DNA of 64,000 nucleotides. Source: Negativicutes bacterium (lineage in GTDB: Bacteria; Bacillota; Negativicutes; UBA1444). The notes under the pieces are model-generated. The model was given only the letters and a program-made list of their open reading frames with translations. It did no database searches and had not been told where the DNA came from. Below, piece by piece: positions 59,363 through 64,000 of this stretch. Made by a program: the position numbers and the translations under genes. Location: NCBI GenBank assembly GCA_963665275.2, contig CAXXIN010000005.1:1-64000 (forward strand), read 5' to 3'. The stretch's first letter is position 1; each line of letters starts with the position of its first letter.

Positions 59363-60601
59363 TTAGTTTGTTGGCGTGGTTACTTTTAGTACTTCGATGG
59401 CCTTGTCCAGCTGTGGATCTTGCGGGGCGTCTTTGTCGATTTCTTTGGGCATTTCGACAACGATGTCAGGCGCTAGCCCTTTGCCGTGAATGGCGCGGTC
59501 TTTGGGAGTGTGATACTCCGCGATCGTGATTTTGATCGCGGAATCCTTGTCCAGCGGAACCAGACGTTGAACTGAACCTTTGCCGAAAGTTTTCACGCCG
59601 ATCAGTTTTCCCACTTCGAGATCCTGGATGGCGCCCGCAACGATTTCCGAGGCGCTGGCGCTACCGCCGTTGACCAATACTGCCAACGGAATCGTCGGTT
59701 TATCCAGCGTCGACTGCATTGTCTCCCGTGAACCGTCTTTGCTGATGACTGATACGACAGGACCTTTGGGAACCAGCAAGCTGGCTACCTTTACACTTTC
59801 GTTGATGAGGCCGCCGGGGTTGTTGCGCAGGTCCAGGACCAACGATTTCATGCCCTTTTCCTCAAGCTCGGCCATCTTTTGGGCGAAATCTGCGCCTGTC
59901 GTTTCGCTGAACATGGATAGGCGAATGTATCCAATCTCGTCGCTCAACATTTTTCCACTGACGGTTTTTAGAACGATGGTCGCGCGGGTAAGTTTATATT
60001 CTTTCGGCTCTTGCGCGGGGCGCAGAATTGTCAGCGTGATTTCGCTGCCTTCCGGGCCGCGGATTTTGCCCACGGCCTCGTCGAGGGCCATGTCTTTGGT
60101 GTCAAGTGCATCGATGCGGATGATCGCATCGCCGCTCAGGATTCCGGCTTTTTCTGCAGGGGTGCCTTCGATTGGCGCCACAACGGTGAGTGTTTTGTCT
60201 TTGACGCCGAGGACGATGCCGACGCCGCCGAAGGAGCCTTTGGTCTCCAACATCAGTTCGCTGTACATTTTGGGATCCATGTAAACGGAGTAGGGGTCGC
60301 CCAGGGCGTTGACCATTCCTTTGACCGATCCGGTCATCAGGGTGACGCCTTCCACGGCGCCGACATATTGGCCTTTGACTACCTGAATGGCCCGAAATAA
60401 CTTGAGCGTGGCGGCTTGTTCCTCAGGACTCATTTTCGAGAGGTAATAATTGATTTCCAGCTCTGTAATATTTTGCTGCAGAGCTGGGCCGGGGAGCGCT
60501 GTTTCTGATTGGGCCCAACCCGTAGCCGCGCCGAAAGAGAGATTGGCCATTACCAATAAGGCAATGAGCAGGCGCGACAGAAATTTCTTTTGCAATAACA
60601 T
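59363..60601 (-). CDS. ctpA: S41A C-terminal processing protease
   Basis: Signal peptide, PDZ (FGGVGI), DLRNNPGG, SASASE, TFGKGSVQ. Confidence 0.9.
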   Translation of the reverse strand: MLLQKKFLSRLLIALLVMANLSFGAATGWAQSETALPGPALQQNITELEINYYLSKMSPEEQAATLKLFRAIQVVKGQYVGAVEGVTLMTGSVKGMVNALGDPYSVYMDPKMYSELMLETKGSFGGVGIVLGVKDKTLTVVAPIEGTPAEKAGILSGDAIIRIDALDTKDMALDEAVGKIRGPEGSEITLTILRPAQEPKEYKLTRATIVLKTVSGKMLSDEIGYIRLSMFSETTGADFAQKMAELEEKGMKSLVLDLRNNPGGLINESVKVASLLVPKGPVVSVISKDGSRETMQSTLDKPTIPLAVLVNGGSASASEIVAGAIQDLEVGKLIGVKTFGKGSVQRLVPLDKDSAIKITIAEYHTPKDRAIHGKGLAPDIVVEMPKEIDKDAPQDPQLDKAIEVLKVTTPTN

Positions 60602-60811
60602 GGTGTTTCCTCCAGTACAATAAAATGCCCGTCTGGGATTTTTGGTTATTTAACTTCATTACATTCGCCGCACAGAAAGATTTTTCCTGCGGGGCCGACC
60701 GTGGAAACGAACGGGTGCACTGATTTACTAGACCGGAGAGGATAAAATAGTTGGTGCAATGTGCCCGGATCTAAGGTAACCTGTAGTAAGGATTAGTAGG
60801 AGGCGTCAGCG

Positions 60812-61750
60812 ATGAAAGAACCAGTTGTAAAACGTTATACAGGAAACCCGATATTAACCAAAGCCGATGTTCCTTACTCCGTTCACACTGTCCATAATGC
60901 AGGGGTGGCCAAGTATCAGGAGCAATACTATATGCTGTTCCGATCTCACCTCGATACCGGACGTTCCATTATCGGATTGGCGGTAAGCGATGATGGGTAT
61001 TCTTTTTCTGTGAAGGACAAACCTTTTATTGTTCCCGCAACAGAAGGAGTTTTCAAGGAATACGAAGCTTTTGGGGTGGAGGATCCCCGGATTTCCTGTA
61101 TTGATGGCGTATATTTCATCACATACAGCGCTTATTCCAAACACGGGGTGCGAATCGGACTGGCCAAAACCACGGATTTTAAATCGTTGGAACGAATTTC
61201 GCTGATTACCGAAGCGGATTACCGTAACGTGGTTCTGTTCCCGGAAAAAATCAACGGCAGGTATGCGCGTCTTGACCGGCCCCATTCCGAAATTGCTCCG
61301 TGGGCCATCTGGATCAGTTACTCCAAGGACTTGGTCTATTGGGGGGAATCGGAACTGATCATGATGCCGGTTCCGTATCACTGGGATGCAATGAAAATCG
61401 GTCCTGGAGCGACGCCGATCAAAACGGATCAGGGTTGGCTGTCCATTTATCACGGCGTTTTCCCCACTATGGACGGAGCGATATACCGACTGGGCGTCGC
61501 CCTGCACCAATTGGATGATCCGGCGAAAGTCATAGGAGTCGGCGATAGTTGGATCCTACAACCGGAAGACCCGTGGGAAGTCACGGGTTATGTCCACAAT
61601 GTGGTATTTACTTGCGGTGCAGTCCCGGAACAAGACGGGACTGTCAAACTTTACTGGGGGGCCGCCGACTCTGTCATGTGTGTAGGAACAGCCAAAATCG
61701 AAGAATTGGTGGACCTGTGCCTCCATCATGCCCGTTCTGCCATGCCGTAA
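60812..61750 (+). CDS. GH130 family glycoside phosphorylase/hydrolase
   Basis: GNPIL, GVEDPRI, LFPEKING, KIGPG, YHGV, NVVFTCG. Confidence 0.88.
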   Translation: MKEPVVKRYTGNPILTKADVPYSVHTVHNAGVAKYQEQYYMLFRSHLDTGRSIIGLAVSDDGYSFSVKDKPFIVPATEGVFKEYEAFGVEDPRISCIDGVYFITYSAYSKHGVRIGLAKTTDFKSLERISLITEADYRNVVLFPEKINGRYARLDRPHSEIAPWAIWISYSKDLVYWGESELIMMPVPYHWDAMKIGPGATPIKTDQGWLSIYHGVFPTMDGAIYRLGVALHQLDDPAKVIGVGDSWILQPEDPWEVTGYVHNVVFTCGAVPEQDGTVKLYWGAADSVMCVGTAKIEELVDLCLHHARSAMP

Positions 61751-61751
61751 A

Positions 61752-62768
61752 TCAGACAGGGCATCTGCCCAGGATTTCTTTATAGACGTCGATGTACTCC
61801 TTGACCATTTTTTCCTGTGTAAACCTTTGCTCGACCGAGCGGCGGCAGGCTGAACGGGAAAGCGCCCGAACTTCTTTGAGTTTATTGACCATTTCTTCTA
61901 TATCGGCAACGATGAATCCGTTGATGCCGTTTTGAATAATTTCCGGCATGGAGCCTCGGTTGAAGGCTAGGACTGGGGTGCCACAGGCCATCGCTTCCAC
62001 GATACTGAGGCCGAACGGCTCGTTGAAGTTGATCGGATGCAGCAACGCGTAGGCATTCCCAAGGACTTTGTTCCTTTCCTCGGGCCCGACTGAGCCGATA
62101 TAATGAATGTCATTTCCCAGATGCGGATTGACATATTCTTCATAATAGGCTTTATCCTGAATGATTCCGGCGATGACCAGCCGCATGCCTGATTTTTGGG
62201 CGACCTGGATGGCTTCCCTTGTTCCTTTGTCGGGATGGATCCGGCCGAAGTAAACCAGATAATCGCCGCGAGCCTCGTTCAAAGTGAAACGTTCAATATC
62301 GATGCCATGGTACACGGTCCGTATATAATCGAGTTCCCCGTTCCGGTCTGCATCGCTGATCGAGACATAGTGCGTCTTCTTATTGTATTTTTTATAAACC
62401 GGCAGTATTTTTGGCGAAGAAAACCCGTGTATGGTTGTCAGCACAGGGGTTTTGATCAGTCCACTATAAGTCAGCGGTAAAAAATCATAATTGTTGTGAA
62501 TAATGTCAAATTCATTTGCCTGTTCCATAACTTCGGATATATGCAGGGACTCCCAGACCTTGGCGTCCAGTTCTCTGTTTTCTTCATAGGGCGATTCGCA
62601 GACGCTGCGCAGTTTGCCGGCTGTTATTGAGTCGCCGGTGGCGTAAAGGGTTACGTCGATGTTTTCTTTGACGAGACCTTCTGCCAAGAGGGAAACCACT
62701 CTTTCCCATGGGCCGTAATGCCGCGGCGGAGTTCTCCAGGCGATCGGTGAGATTATGGCAATTTTCAT
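61752..62768 (-). CDS. GT4 family glycosyltransferase
   Basis: PPRHYGPWE, GRIHPDKG, EPFGLSIVEAMACGTPV; start ATG 62768. Confidence 0.9.
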   Translation of the reverse strand: MKIAIISPIAWRTPPRHYGPWERVVSLLAEGLVKENIDVTLYATGDSITAGKLRSVCESPYEENRELDAKVWESLHISEVMEQANEFDIIHNNYDFLPLTYSGLIKTPVLTTIHGFSSPKILPVYKKYNKKTHYVSISDADRNGELDYIRTVYHGIDIERFTLNEARGDYLVYFGRIHPDKGTREAIQVAQKSGMRLVIAGIIQDKAYYEEYVNPHLGNDIHYIGSVGPEERNKVLGNAYALLHPINFNEPFGLSIVEAMACGTPVLAFNRGSMPEIIQNGINGFIVADIEEMVNKLKEVRALSRSACRRSVEQRFTQEKMVKEYIDVYKEILGRCPV

Positions 62769-63038
62769 ACGGGAAAAGTCCCTCCCTTCGTTGCGTACTA
62801 AGTTGTTTTGGGCGCACATTATGTGTTCATTTTATCATTATAACGCATTTTAGCGGGGCGTGGAGTCTGGCTGGAATATAGTGGGTTTTTCTGGATTGTG
62901 ATATTGTATAAAGGAAAAGGCTGATGCACAGCTTGCGGGACTTGGGACGCTTCTGCATGAAACGGATGGCTCCGCAATGCGCCGCGTTGGTCGATAGAAA
63001 AATTGAAAAAGGATCGGAAAAGAGGAGAGGGGTAAATC

Positions 63039-63239
63039 ATGCCGCATACACAACGAAAAAATATTGTTCCCGGCACTGCAGTCCAGGTCATCCAAAAGCC
63101 GCATCAGCGCAGTGGGCAACTGACGGATGGAATCGTGAAAGATATACTGACCTCCAGTCCGGTTCACTCACGGGGAATCAAAGTTCGCCTGACCTCCGGA
63201 ATCGTGGGACGCGTGCAGAAGATCCTGACGGCGATTTGA
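63039..63239 (+). CDS. YwbE family protein
   Basis: QRSG.LT.GIVKDILT.S..H.RGIKVRL..G.VGRV. Confidence 0.85.
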   Translation: MPHTQRKNIVPGTAVQVIQKPHQRSGQLTDGIVKDILTSSPVHSRGIKVRLTSGIVGRVQKILTAI

Positions 63240-63257
63240 GGAAAGCATGAAAAAACG

Positions 63258-64000
63258 ATGGGAATGATGATCGGATTTATTGCTCCCTATGCGGAATTGG
63301 CCGAAGTAGCTTCTGAAGTGCGGGAGGGAATGGGCCTCGATTTCCCCATTGCCGTGGGGATACTGGAAGGCGCAGTTGGTGTTGCCGACGCGCTCATTCA
63401 CCAGGGCGCGGAAGTAATCATCAGTCGCGGTGGTACGGCGGCTTTGCTGCGCAGCAAGCTGGACCTGCCTATCGTAGAGATCAAAGTGACCGGATATGAT
63501 GTGATGCGGGCGCTACATCCCTATATTGGGACAAACCGCAAAATTGCCATCGTGGGTTATCGAAACGTGGTGCACGGATGCCGGATATTTGGTGATTTGT
63601 TTGGTCTTTCGATCCGTGAACTTATTATTCCGTCCGAAGAAGTGGACAAGGACTGGGATGCGGCCCAGTTGGCAGTTCGGCGGCTGGTTGCTGAAAACGA
63701 CATTGATGTTGTAATCGGCGATTCGTTGGTGAAAGGCCGTCTGAAAGTCGAGAATATCGAAGTTCAGATGGTTGAATCAGGGAAGGAAGCGATCATTCAA
63801 GCCATCGAAGAAGCAAAAAATATTTCCCGGGTTCGTGAAAATGAACGTCGGGCCTATGAACGGTTGCGTACCATCATCCATTCGGTGCATGACGGCGTTG
63901 TCGCCACAGACGAACAAGGTCGCATCACGGCGGTCAATCTGGTGGCGGAGGAGATTTTTGGATTCAAGGAAAAAAACGTACTGGGCATGCCGATTGGCGA
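63258..64000 (+). CDS. PrpR-N/PAS regulator, probably a sigma54 activator; runs off the window; not in the ORF track
   Basis: Translates MGMMIGFIAPY...GAEVIISRGGTA...LPIVEIKVTGYDVMRAL...SVHDGVVATD. Confidence 0.85.
   Translation, partial: MGMMIGFIAPYAELAEVASEVREGMGLDFPIAVGILEGAVGVADALIHQGAEVIISRGGTAALLRSKLDLPIVEIKVTGYDVMRALHPYIGTNRKIAIVGYRNVVHGCRIFGDLFGLSIRELIIPSEEVDKDWDAAQLAVRRLVAENDIDVVIGDSLVKGRLKVENIEVQMVESGKEAIIQAIEEAKNISRVRENERRAYERLRTIIHSVHDGVVATDEQGRITAVNLVAEEIFGFKEKNVLGMPIG

Noticed and set aside
63247-63267. ATG 63247 as start of the PrpR-like gene via another A-run frameshift
   Set aside because: An in-frame ATG at 63258 suffices; it cannot be resolved without reads.
1-64000. Long antisense or overlapping ORFs in the track (e.g. 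16668-17402, 45059-45808, 59580-60284, 62924-63250)
   Set aside because: They shadow well-supported genes and show no recognisable motifs.
1-64000. Mobile elements, CRISPR arrays, rRNA and tRNA genes
   Set aside because: No transposase, integrase, phage gene, regular repeat-spacer array or cloverleaf recognised by eye.

Overview
A 64-kb stretch of ordinary chromosome from an anaerobic Firmicute, most likely Negativicutes/Sporomusaceae (inferred from an arsAB pair, a T-box and SigH-type promoters). I see no rRNA, tRNA, CRISPR array, transposase or prophage. About 55 CDS cover transport, thiamine synthesis (thiSFGH plus thiE/tenI-like), sigma54-controlled cysteine catabolism (cdsR-cdsB), DNA repair and hydrolases. 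Best leads: (1) a complete SiaBCAD-type kinase/phosphatase switch whose output is a SiaD-helix-PAS-GGDEF-HD-GYP hybrid; (2) a B12-riboswitch-controlled arsAB operon with a shortened ArsB; (3) an orphan TRAP DctP lipoprotein paired with a Cache-GAF-GGDEF-EAL sensor; (4) a sensory [FeFe]-hydrogenase/PP2C pair with no catalytic hydrogenase beside it; (5) a T-box with one Stem I and two antiterminators. There are also three small gene relics absent from the ORF track (HIT, GNAT, sirtuin), a repeated 17-bp palindromic terminator core, a probably leaderless marR, and three homopolymer frameshifts that may be sequencing errors. All family calls come from motif recognition, not database searches.
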